A stretch of DNA of 64,000 nucleotides from the human T2T-CHM13v2.0 reference genome, Homo sapiens, in assembly GCF_009914755.1 (NCBI RefSeq), contig NC_060927.1; one strand, 5' to 3'. The position numbers and the translations under genes are program-made. The notes under the pieces were generated by a model. It saw nothing but the letters and a program-made list of their open reading frames with translations, ran no database searches and was not told the origin of the DNA. Positions 31,574 to 47,060 of the stretch are shown one piece after another; the first letter of the stretch is position 1; each line of letters opens with the position of its first letter.

Positions 31574-32129
31574 CTGTATAAAAAGCAATTCAGAGTCTAT
31601 GACAAGAAGGCAATATTTCTGTAGCATTATCCAAGTACAGAGCATGTTGTTCTCGTAATATCCTCTGTCACTTGGCCTTCTTGCAGAGATTACAGCTCTT
31701 TCTTGCCTCATTAAAACTCAGGGAACATGCTGATGTAATTTTCATTAACTCACTAAGCTTACCATTTTTAATTGAATCAGAATACTTGAACTTTTAGAAA
31801 TTTTAAGATTTATTTTCTGTATTTCTAGGCTTATTTTTCCTAATTATTTGTGCATTTTCCTGTCATATCCGTTTTTAAAAATTAGTTTGCCTTTGCACTT
31901 AAAATAAGTATTAGTTCTCATGAGTGAATCTCTGTATGGTGAGAAAGGAAAGGTGAGACAAAAAAGAGAAAAAATGTGGATACGTATGATGGTTTTTTTC
32001 TTGAACTTATTTTATATGCTTCCTGACACTGTGGATACAACAGGGAAAGGGGTCTACTGTTTTTTTCTCCATCCTTTTTTTGTGTGCGTTCATTTGCTTT
32101 ATTTTTATTAATCATATTGTATTTATTAT

Positions 32130-33230
32130 TGTTACCAAATATTGAGCAAATAAAAAATTAAATAATATATGTAGGGCATAAAGCACAATACTACAATAAC
32201 TACACATTTTCTTACCCAGTTTAGAAAATGAAACTTTATCACCATTGGGAAGACTGCTCTCTGATCCTACACATTTTCTGCTCCATCATAAGTAACCACT
32301 TCCCTGAATTTTGAGTTTAATATTTCCTTATTTCTTTCATATAATTTTACCAAATATGCTACATATATTTATTTCTTTCAATAAGATATTCTTTACTTTT
32401 TATTAATATGTATAATTATGTTTCTGCTTCCAAATCTTCTGTCTTGTTTTTTGACTATTATATTTCTGAGATTGATGCATGTTGTGTTTAGCTATAGTTC
32501 ATTTCACTGTTGTACAGTATTCCATTGTGTGACTATACATTCCTTTATGCCTTCTATTAATAATAGATTGTTTGTTTTGGGTACTTTGCTACTGTAAACA
32601 AAGATGCTGCAAACAGTTTGCACATGTCTCCTAGTACACATGTGCAAATCTTTCTCTAGTGTAGTGGTTCACACATTTTAGCTGTATCAGGATCACCTGA
32701 AGAGCTTATTTAAACATGATTGTTGAGCCTTAATCTTAGTGTTTCTAATTTCGTATGGCTGTGATGAGTCCTAAGATTTTATATGTCTAGCAAGTTCCTA
32801 AGTGATGCTGATGCTGCAGGTCCAGGAACCAACTTTGAGAACAACTGCCCTAGAGTGTATAGCTATGAGTAGAATTGCTGGGTCATGAAAAAACAGCAAT
32901 TTCAAATTTATTATATAATGCCCTGTTATTTTCCATATATTCCATTATGCCAATATAGACTTCCACCAGCAATGTGTATAAATGTTTTGATTTCTCCATA
33001 TCCTTGCCAATATCTGTTAGTGTTAAATTTTTTAATTCCTGCCAAACAGGTAGGTGTGAACTATTGTCTCCCTACAGTTTTGATTTTCACTTCCCTGATT
33101 GAACAATAAAGTTGAGTGTATTTTCATATGTTTGTTAACCACATATTCTTCCTCTTAGTTCCTTTTCTTCATTTTTCCATTGGATTAGATTTATTTTTCT
33201 TACCAATTTACAGAAGTTTCTCTATGATCT
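32130..33230 (-). mobile_element. L1ME-like 3' end
   Basis: TTCTGAGATTGATGCATGTTGTG...CAGTATTCCATTGTGTG...AGAATTGCTGGGTCAT...CCACCAGCAATGTGTATA. Confidence 0.7.
32662..32847. mobile_element. MER5A hAT-Charlie MITE
   Basis: TAGTGGTTC...ATCACCTG...GTGATGCTGATGCTGCAGGTCCAGGAACCAACTTTGAGAACAACTG. Diverged 8-bp TSD CTCTAGTG/CCCTAGAG. Confidence 0.85.
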
Positions 33231-33439
33231 TTTAATGAAGGCTCTTATGTTCCATTTTTATTACCTACTATTTTTTCTTGAAGGGGTTAGGAGAAAATTG
33301 CTTGTATTTTTTCATACACTTTGCTTAAAGCCTGAACATGTAGTTTCTTTGTAACTGCTCAATATAGACATGATAATAACAATAGAATTATTTACTAAAA
33401 GCTTATCCATACCAAGTATCATATTATCTGATGAAGACT

Positions 33440-34260
33440 CATTCACTCCAAAACACTGCTCCCAAGTCAAAGCACAGCTTTTTCTCTTGTTCTCCTATGT
33501 TAGCCTGCCATCACTCCCACTCTACCTCCTCCTCTCCCACTTCCACCTTGTCTCCCCTACAGCTATTCCCTACTAAACACCTAGACTAATCTTTGCAAAG
33601 CACAAATCAAATAATCTCTTTCTCTGTGCAAATCCCTCCAATGGTTTCCCTTTATTGCACTTAGAATAACATTTCAATTCTTTGCCATGGCCAAAAAACC
33701 CTAGCAAATACTTCATTCTTATTTTCGCCATTTTTCCCTTAAATAACCAAAGTGTAGCCATTCTTACCTTGCTGTTTCTCAAACACTCTAAATATATTCT
33801 TCTTTCAGCAATGCCCTTTTCCCAGACATTTCTCAGAAAGGCTATCCAGACTACCCCATTTAAAATAGTTCTCTCTTCTCTCCTTCACACACACATACTC
33901 CCCACTCTTGCTGTATTTCTCTTCACAGAACTTTTCAACATCTGACATTATATTAGATGTTTAATTTTTAATCATCTCCCTTTGTCCTCTAATAAAATGT
34001 AATCACAATAGGCTAATAAGATTTTTTATTCATCCTAATATCTCAATGCCTAGGAGAGTTCCTAATAACAATTATGTTCTCTACAAATATTTACTGTATA
34101 AGCTAATGAATTCTCACACAATCCTCACAGTCCTTTTAGCTATATAATTCTTGAAAGCAGAGACTGGATATTACTCATCTTTATGCCCCTAGGATCCTAA
34201 TACATGCTCTACAACACATTTAATCACTCAATAAAACTATACAAGTCAATTAATAATGCA
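33440..34260 (+). mobile_element. L2 LINE 3' fragments
   Basis: CCCTCCAATGGTTTCCCTTTATTGCACTTAGAATAA...TTCTCAAACAC...AATGCCTAGG...CAAATATTTACTG. Confidence 0.65.
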
Positions 34261-35113
34261 CATAAGTAGGATTAGGTTTGTTTTACAGATGAGAAAATGG
34301 TAGTGCTTGCTTAAAAGCGCAGGAATCTGTTAGTCTTGAAAGCAATTCACTGTGCCACATTCTCTCTCAGCTTGACATCATAGCACACCAATGAGACATT
34401 GCAATCAAGATGAGCAGATCGGTTAGGACAGTTCACACCAGTTAACATAGCCTGAAAAACCTGTGGCCACCAAAGAGCCCAGGAGACGAATTAGAATCCT
34501 CACTTTCCTATTTCTAAAGGAAGATCTTTTTCCATCTCCTATCACTTGGAAACAGCTAAGGGAGAGAATATTTCTTCGTTTGTTCAAAGTAGCCACATAC
34601 TTTGGTAATATTTGAAAGGAATGGTAAGTTTTATAATGTTTAAATTTTATTGAGATATTTCTTATTTTGAATGGTGATTTGAGTGCAGATGTTTAACTCT
34701 ATCCTCTTCTAAGTTCCCACTAAAATGACAAACACAAAAATATCTAGAAAACATCTACATAAATCCTGGAAACAAGCAAAATGAGACCATATACATGCCA
34801 GAAATTTCAGGGAATTTCTGTTAGAACTACAAATCCAGATTAAAGTAATTGTTAATTCATCTGGGATTAAATACATATAAATGAAAAGAATATTTAATAT
34901 AAATATAAAATGGTAAGATTAAGAAGAATCAATGATCAAAGAGGAAAAAAATCCCTACACTGAAAACAGAATTAAAGCATCAGATCAAAAAAAAAAATTT
35001 TTTTTCAAGTACTAGGCTAAGGTTTTCATTTTGTTTGTTCTTAATTTCAAAACCAACGTTTAAAATGAAATCTATACATTTCCATGAAGAAAGAAAAAGT
35101 AGCCTTTAAAATG

Positions 35114-35296
35114 ACAAATAATAGAGAAGTGCTTACTTCAGTTTAAAATAACTTGAAACATTTTAGTTAGGAGGAGTAAGTTCAGGGATCTACTGTACAA
35201 CATGGTGACTAGAGTTAATATAATGTATGCTTGCAAAATTCTAAGAAAGTGGATGTAAAGTGTTTTTGGTACAGAAATGAAAGATAACTATGTGAG
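35114..35296 (+). repeat. Inverted copy of 36324-36509 (L1MA 3' piece plus its unique flank)
   Basis: GCTTACTTCAGTTTAAAATAACTTGAAACATTTTAGTTAGGAG...GATAACTATGTGAG matches the reverse complement of 36324-36509 at roughly 90% by eye. Confidence 0.9.
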
Positions 35297-35740
35297 TTAT
35301 CATTTGTCATTTATCTATTTGTCATTAGAATATCTTCCTTTCACAAGAGATGAATCTATTTATCATTATCTATTTGTCGTTAGAATTCTCTTCCTTACAC
35401 AAAAGACAAAATGTCAAGAAACAATAGAGTAAGGTCTTAAGAATGTGTCACCTACCTAAATGATAGTATGTGAATAAGAGCAAAAGAAAAAATTAAGAAT
35501 TGTAATAAAAATAGCGAAGAAGGGGTATGAAAAATAGTGAGCAATAAAATTAATGAAACTTAAAATTAGGTATAAGATTGTTCTTAGAACAGTTACAAAA
35601 CAAAATGTCCCAAAAAATTCCTATAAAGAGAAGAGACGCTTGCAAAATCTAAATCCAAAATCTTCTAAACAAATCTTGGAGATCACAGGGAGAAGGGATG
35701 AAGAAAACTGTCAAATTTATCTGCTCACCCAAAGGGAAGG

Positions 35741-35990
35741 TGTGCCAGTCCTTGTCCAATTTTCTCTCAGATCTACTGTCTGCCTTACCCTGGTCTGTTC
35801 TGTATTACAGGGAAAGATTCTTATGGCCAGCATTTCTGGCTGGGGTTAGCATATTAAAGAAGTTAAGAGGAGATAAGAGTGTAGAAAGAAAGGAAAATCA
35901 GGAAGATTTTCCCCTACCTCTGCCTTGAGTGGCATCTCTAATAGCAGCTACAAATCCGTCATGGTACCAACTTCAGCCAAGTGACCTGAA
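35741..35990. mobile_element. LTR33-like ERVL LTR fragment
   Basis: TGTGCCAGTCCTTGTCC...CTCAGATCTACTGTCTGCC...CCTGGTCTGTTCTGT. Confidence 0.5.
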
Positions 35991-36214
35991 CGATGATAAA
36001 AATATATTATATGAAAAGAAGGTGAGTTAAGCTATCTTCCAAAAAATAATTATCTAGATGAAAATGCTATAATTCCAAATTGAATATTACATCTGGAAGT
36101 TATTCCTGTAAATATAAGAAAAGGAATATTTTTAGATTTATTGCTGGCATTTTAATAAAAGCTCTCATTTCTCATTCTAAGTGTCTTTTCATAGATATCT
36201 TTCATGAAAGGTCT

Positions 36215-36460
36215 ATTTTTAAATGACAGATAAAATGATATTAACTATGTACAACATGATGTTTTGGAGTATGTATACATTGTGAAATGAGTAAATTTAG
36301 CTAATTATTAACATGTGCATTATCTCACATAGTTATCATTCATTTTTGTGCCAAAAACACTTTACATCCACTTTCTTAGAATTTTGCAAGAATGCACTGT
36401 AGTAACTCTAGTCACCATGTTGTAAAATAGATCCCTGAACTTACTACTCCTAACTAAAAT
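36215..36460 (-). mobile_element. 5'-truncated L1MA 3' end
   Basis: GTACAACATGATGTTTTG...TATCTCACATAGTTATC...GTCACCATGTTGTAAAATAGATCCCTGAACTTA. Confidence 0.8.
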
Positions 36461-38919
36461 GTTTCAAGTTATTTTAAACTGAAGTAAGCATTTCCCTATT
36501 ACTATTTGTTTATCTGTTCATTTTGGTTCCTGAGTTTTGCTGCTGTGCAAAGAAAAAAAAATACATCATAATGCAATAAGTATTCTTGGGTGTGTATGTG
36601 TGTAAGCAAATCAGGGCAGGTGATCATATTTAAAGGAATGTATTTCCAAGAGTATAAAATTGTTCTGTCAAAAGATATGCACAGATCATTTTTCCAAAAG
36701 GGCAGAAATTTTTCACCTAACCACTAGCAGTAAATGAAAATTTTATTCTGTTAGCATCCCTACCAGCAATAGATTTCACCATACTTTTAAATTTTTGCCA
36801 GTCTTATGAGTATAAAGAGATATACAGATTTTACTTCAATTTACATCTCCATGGTTACTAAAAAAAAACTTGGAGACATTTTATATTGGCAATTTAGATA
36901 GCAATTTTGTAAATTGTTGTTCATATACTTTTCCTGTTTTTCTATTGGGTTTTTAACATTGTTGTTTTAGTTCATAAGACCTCTTTTTGTCACAGATAAG
37001 TGTTTCCAATGCTTTTTACCTCATGACAACCAGAGAATTATACTTCTATATCATCCTGGGGTAAATTGACTTAGTTGTAAATGTATATTTGTACTTTATC
37101 ATGGGTAAATGGACTATGAGGCTGCTATTGGCTGGGCTACAGTAGCCTGGAGATCCTAGCCACCTTCCAGATGAAAGGAATTCCAAAAGAATCAACATCT
37201 TGTCAGAGCTGTAACTCCTATCTGGTCTGATCACATGAGGTATTATTACAAAAAGTTTCCAAATTTATTATTGATTTAACTATTGACTTTACCCATACAT
37301 TCTTTACATCATCTAAAAATTTTACATTTTGTGTTGTAGCTTTCAGATTCCATACCTTTTAAGTAATTTCCTTTCAGTTCTGAATTTTACTGTAGCTTTT
37401 AAAAGATTTTCATCCAAGACTTTTACAAACCATGTATTCTAAAACTCTAACATTATTCTCCCTGCATGTGAACATTTTAGAGGATACCAAAGTAAAAAGC
37501 AAAAACATGAGAAACTTCTCATTTATGACCAATTATAGATGCTTGTACTGGCTAAAATGAAACTAACATAAAAAAATCTCTGAAATACTTTGAATTAGGC
37601 AATATTTTAATAATTTTAAGAGAAAAGAATATGGTGTCATCTAAAAAGCTGGGACATTTTTGTTTTAGGTGCTGCTCAGTCCCTGACTTGGGAAGTCTAA
37701 CAGTTTCTCAGGATCTCAGTGTTAACACTCTAAAAGATGTTTATTGCATTAAACAAAGTCAGAGAGATTTCTTTCACTCTAACAATCTACAATTCTACTA
37801 ATTTGCTCAGAATTACATGTTAATCATTCAGAAGAAACCAAAGGAAATATATTTTTGGTAGTATTTCCTTTGGGGAAGCCCAGTGAGATAATTCCCAGTG
37901 TTAGAAACTTGATTTTTATATTTCCCTTTCTTTGTAAGAAAAACAATTTTGATGAAAAGCTCTTAAGGACTACTTCAGTTCATTGTTGAAGTGACTGACA
38001 TTATAATCTCACCCATGGGATTTCACAGTTTACAAGAAGTATTACCTCAGGGATATGTGTTTAAAAAGAAATTCAAAAGACATAAATAAATTATGGAACA
38101 CTAGGCAACTTGTAGAGGCATTTTGTCCATTCTTTTCATGTTATGCAACAGACTTTCATGAATCAAGATCAGTGTTCAAAATAAAGAGAGACATCAAAGC
38201 CACACAAGTGTAACTGAAAATTGCATAGATTCTTAAGGATTACTGGAACTTAGGCTGATAATTTAAACAAATAAACAAAAAACTAGACTGCTTCCACAAC
38301 ACTGACCAGAATCCAATCCTTATTTGATTCTGACAATATTCTGTTATTCATCAGCTTAAAAGTTTCACTGATTTTACTGAGAGCCAGAATTTATAATTTT
38401 TAATGCAGTGCATACCCTAGGACAAAAAGGATGTTATTCCCATTATAAAAGTCTATCATATGCCCATCAATACTAACATCTGAACAAAATATCCTTGCTG
38501 TAATCACAGATGAAATTTGTCTCTTCTCCCCTTTCCTGTTCAAGACATGTTTTGTCTGCCTCCAAAGGATCCTTTTAAAATCTCTCTCCAGATGAAATTC
38601 ATTTAAGTGAGCTAGCATAGATGACCCTAAGAAAAAATTAAAAGAATCTACTTTTCAAGGTCTAACTCTAGTCTGGACCCTTTCCCTCTAGAAAATCTTT
38701 CCAGATCACCCAAGCTACAGTGTTGTCTCTCTCCTCTAAATTTACGAAACTCTTTATCTAAATCGCTCACTTAGAAATTAATTGCATACTCTTGTTTTCA
38801 TGTTGCACTTTCATTGCAGACTCCCTTTTTTTCCCAATTTACTTTCAGGCTTAGATTTCTATTTATTTTTTTCAAACCTTTATAGTTTTTCTTCCCAAGT
38901 AATCTCTAACTAAGATAGT

Positions 38920-39430
38920 TGAGAAAAGAACTTTTGTTGCAACCATGAGACCCAACTCCAATCAATTTGAATAACATCAGAGCAACAGAAAGGACAGAGT
39001 GAACCTGGCTCAGTAGCATTGGAAGCTAGAATGTGGAAGACATCAAGCCTTCCCCATTCCATCTGTTGTCTTCTCTTTAATTGGTTTTAATTCTTTCTTG
39101 CTGCAGTTCACTGGGAGGGGAAAATAACCAGAAGAAAAAAAATGGCCACTGATAATTGCAGGCTGATTTTTTCTTTTTTTTTTCTTTGTAAGCTCTTCAC
39201 CCAGAGACACAACTCTCCAACTCCAATCAAAAAAATCTTTGGGCAGAAGATTGATTGATCCATCTTGGATGACACTGTCATCTGTGGATGGAGGACTATG
39301 GATCAGACCCTTTAATGGCTCAGCTGCAGTGTTCAACCTGTGGTTAGAAGGAGTTGACCTGTACAACTTTTATGTCATGGTTGTGAAGGAATATTTTCCA
39401 GGAGAATGTAACTGCTCTGGGCAGACAAGG
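38920..39430 (-). mobile_element. MLT1J/K-like LTR (diverged)
   Basis: TTGTTGCAAC..GAGACCCAACTC...AATGGCCACTG...GATTGATCCATCTTGGATGACA...GCTCTGGGCAGACAA. Confidence 0.5.
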
Positions 39431-39639
39431 CAATGTGTTCAGCAGTATTTCATAACTAACATGATGCTTTTCACAAATTAGATGCTAGAAAATTACTTAT
39501 TCTACTATTACACTACTAGATTTCTTAACAGCTTTATTAAAATATAATTCACATACAATAGCATTTACTTAAAGTGGTTTTTTTTATATTCAGAGTTGTG
39601 CAACCATAACCATGATCTAATTTTAGAATATTATCTGAA

Positions 39640-39890
39640 ACTTGGTTTTAGCCTAGTGAGAATTCTAATGTAAAAAACTGTAAGATAGTAAATTGGTGTT
39701 GTTTTAAGCCACTGAATTTGTGGTGATTTATTATTGGTTTATAACAATAAGAAACCAATATGGATTCACTCACCCTGAGATTCTGTTTTCTCATATTTAA
39801 ATTGAGCATAATAATGTATATCTCACAGGATTTTATGGAATTAAATACGATAATATGCATGGTAGAAACTTCTGAAGACTCAGTACTAAT
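39640..39890 (+). mobile_element. MLT1 3' fragment followed by a MIR fragment
   Basis: AACTGTAAGATAGTAAATTGGTGTTGTTTTAAGCCACTGAATTTGTGGT, then CTGTTTTCTCATATTTAAATTGAGCATAATAAT...TCACAGGATT. Confidence 0.6.
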
Positions 39891-40085
39891 AAATTTATCA
39901 TTTAAGTTTTTAATTTTAATGTATTATAGTCCAAATATTTTACAGTTTATTGTAAAAGATTATACAAAATAAAACATTTGTAAATATTGTACAAAACTGT
40001 GCTTTCTACCACCCTCAGATAATGAATCTTTTTAGATAATTAGGTAACTGGGAATTAAGCACAAACACATTCTTTTAAATTCTAA

Positions 40086-40442
<357 letters not shown>

Positions 40443-40448
40443 ACAAAT

Positions 40449-40530
40449 TAGCAGCGGTGGGATTGAAAACCACGCCCCCAAAGAGACTGGAGACTTAATT
40501 CAGAATCTTAGACCACTCAGCCATGCTACC
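40449..40530 (-). pseudogene. tRNA-Leu(AAG) pseudogene, 82 nt
   Basis: Minus strand GGTAGCATGGCTGAGTGGTCTAAGATTCTGAATTAAGTCTCCAGTCTCTTTGGGGGCGTGGTTTTCAATCCCACCGCTGCTA, ~13 mismatches to the recalled human tRNA-Leu-AAG. B-box GTTCGAATC is degraded and there is no CCA. Confidence 0.9.
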
Positions 40531-40872
40531 TCTCCTCCATTTTCTTAAATACAGAACACCAAATGTAAATCAAATTTTTTATGTCCTTGGGTTGTCATGC
40601 TACATTATTTCACTTAGTTATAATCCTGTTGTACTCTCAGGGTCTGGAAGCTCTGTAGGCATTATTTGCTTTTCCACCAGATAAGCTCAAGATTTCTGTG
40701 CTTTTTAAAATTATCCTTTTTTTTTTAGTAGATTTTCTGACCCCCACTTTTTATGGGGTCAGAAAATTCAGATCATATTTTGTCAAATGTTGATTGCTGT
40801 GAGTGTAACTCTAACAACAAGAGCTTACAATTATTTGTGTAATTTTGTTTGTTTGTTTTTGGTTTTGCTTTG

Positions 40873-44590
<3,718 letters not shown>

Positions 44591-44591
44591 T

Positions 44592-44750
44592 GAGCGCTTG
44601 CTATGTTTCAAGCACTATTTAAGCACTTTATAATATTACTTCTTGTAATGTTCACAACGAACTCATTATATGGGCACCATTGTGTTACCATTTTACACAT
44701 GAAGAGATTGAAGCACAGAATATGAGCTCTTAAACACTATGCCATTCTGC
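44592..44750 (-). mobile_element. MIR fragment
   Basis: TTATTGAGCGCTTGCTATGTTTCAAGCACT...CATTTTACACATGAAGAGATTGAAGCACAGA. Confidence 0.7.
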
Positions 44751-45286
44751 TACCTGTAGCAACCTCTGACCTTCCTTCTAATTGGCTTTTTATAGATTTC
44801 TGTGGACTTAAAAATAAAATAAGGAAACGGGAGAAAGTTATGTGTCAAATATGCACAAATATACATTAAGTGAGAGATGAAGCCTGATAAGGTTTTCTAT
44901 GAATGCCATGTACAAATTGCATGGCATGGATCCTAGGATCTATTCTCAGATGAATGAAATATGATGTATTCAGAGCTAAATTCTGAATGGCTAAAGTCTT
45001 AAACAAAAATGGTCACCTGTATTTTGTGAAAATTCATCCCCTCGAATTTACTTTAAAAACAATATATTAACATTATATTATGAATCAGAAATACTGCTTA
45101 CAAAGACTTTTAAAAAAATTTTAATCAAAAAGGATGACTAGCCCACTATGCCTGCAGGAAAAATTTTGTAAGTGTATACAATGTTCTCTCCAGATGGTAC
45201 AATAAGGAAAGAAAACTTTGGTTTAATACAATTTTGGCAAGAAGTAAAGACTTAGAGCATCAAACTTAAAAGTATATCAAATTTAC

Positions 45287-45390
45287 CTGATTATGGTAAT
45301 AATATGAATACTCCATTCAACATGTTGTTGCCAGATAAATCGCCCAGCATGTTTTCAAGCTGGCTAGAGAAGTCTGTGTACTCATGTTTT
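45287..45390 (-). other. Candidate 104-nt exon (stop codons in all frames)
   Basis: Minus strand TTTATTGATTTGCAG|AAAACATG...TAATCAG|GTAAAT in unique sequence. Motif-based only. Confidence 0.3.
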
Positions 45391-45939
45391 CTGCAAATCA
45401 ATAAAGCCAAATTACTTTAAAATGTAATTACTGTAAAATGTAGAATATAATGAATAACCACGGTAATTCCAGAAGAGAGATTTGGGTGGGCAGTGTGATT
45501 CAACAAGGTTCACATTCCCAGTTTACAAAGAATAACTATAATAAACTTCTGTATACCTGAGATAGGAATGGACTATGTCTTGTTTTATTTTGTAGACTCC
45601 GAAGGATAAAACTGACTCTTTTTACATAAGTAATTATACCTAAATTGGATCACATCCAATGGGATGAGATATTTAATTTTTTGATTAAAAAAGTAAAATA
45701 TATTGTTTTGTTTTTGCCTCTTCCCTCCTCTGCATCTCCCCCTTTCTTCTGACATGACCTCACCCATTCAAGATAATGCATGTTGATACTGGGTATACAT
45801 TCCTTTTTGTTTTTACTTTTTTTCCATGTTCATATAAACATATGCATGTGCATATATATCTCTGTATATATATACATACATACACACAGAGACACAAATA
45901 TCCTCACACAGATATAGATACACATACATTTATGTCCCC

Positions 45940-47060
45940 ATTTTTGCACAAGAGTTTTTGCTTCTTGCTTTGTCCTGGGATTTGACTTTATTTCTCAGAT
46001 TTTGCCACTACTAACAGTGCTAAAGTACTTTAAATATTATATTTGTTCACATGTTTTGCTACATTTATTTCTTTGGGATAGATTTCCAGAATTAAGACTT
46101 CTGGGTCAAAGGGTTTTGCATAATTTTTTACTGTAATGTATATTGCCAAATTACTTTCCCACAAAAAAAACTGAAAATTTTCACATTTGGCCTTTTTCAT
46201 CATTATTGTGAACAATGGGTAAAGTCTTAAAATATTTTCCAGTCTGATAAGTATTCAAGAATATTTCTTTATTAATTTAACTTGCATTTCTGTAACTAGT
46301 AGTGGGGTTAACCATTTTTTTCTACTTCATTTATCAGTTTAGATTTTCTTTTCTGTGAACTAACTCTTCATATTATTTGACAATCTTTGTATTGGTTTGT
46401 ATGTTTTTCTTGAGAATTCTTAAAATCATGTGTATATATTAATCCTTTGGTTCTTATCTATTTTTCGAACTTTTTTCCACATCTATTATTTATCTATCGA
46501 TTTTGATGTTCCAACTTTCAAATATTTTTTAAAAATATTATTAACCATCTCTATATCTTGTTAGCAGTTTCTGAATTTCCGGTCTTGGAAAAAAAACCAC
46601 TAACTTTGAGATGTATATGTAGCTTCCCAGATATTTTTCTAAGGTACTCATTTAATTTTTAATATATAAATATGGAGCTATCTGGAAGATGATGTTCTGG
46701 GTGATGATACGAAGCAAGGGCACAATTTTACATATTTTTTTCATATGGCAGCCACTTTTACCACGTTGTGCCTGTGCCATCCCACTCAGTGAAAAGTCTA
46801 CCTTTGTCACATTTGAATTCTCATTTATGCTTGGATCTATTTCTGGATTGTCTATTTCATTCCACTGATCTATTTGCTTATTCCCTTGGACTACCACTGA
46901 TTTGATTATAATGACTTTATAATATGTTTTGGATCTATAAAGAAAGACTTTTCTTATTCTTCATTTTTTAAAGCTTCTGGCTATTGATGACTTTATTATT
47001 CTATATAAAATTCAAGATGATTTTCTTCATTTATGAGAAAAGCCCTATTGATATTTCTAT
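45940..47060 (-). mobile_element. L1ME ORF2 3' fragment
   Basis: ORFs 46030..46215 and 46652..46897 resemble the L1 ORF2 C-terminus (PFDPEVLILEIYPKE; IDQWNEIDNPEIDP). Confidence 0.7.

Noticed and set aside
39043-39481. 107-aa and 80-aa overlapping ORFs
   Set aside because: They lie in an MLT1-like LTR and have no recognisable domain or exon structure.
40449-40530. Functional tRNA-Leu gene
   Set aside because: The B-box/T-loop and anticodon stem are mutated, CpGs have decayed and no terminator follows, so it is called a pseudogene.
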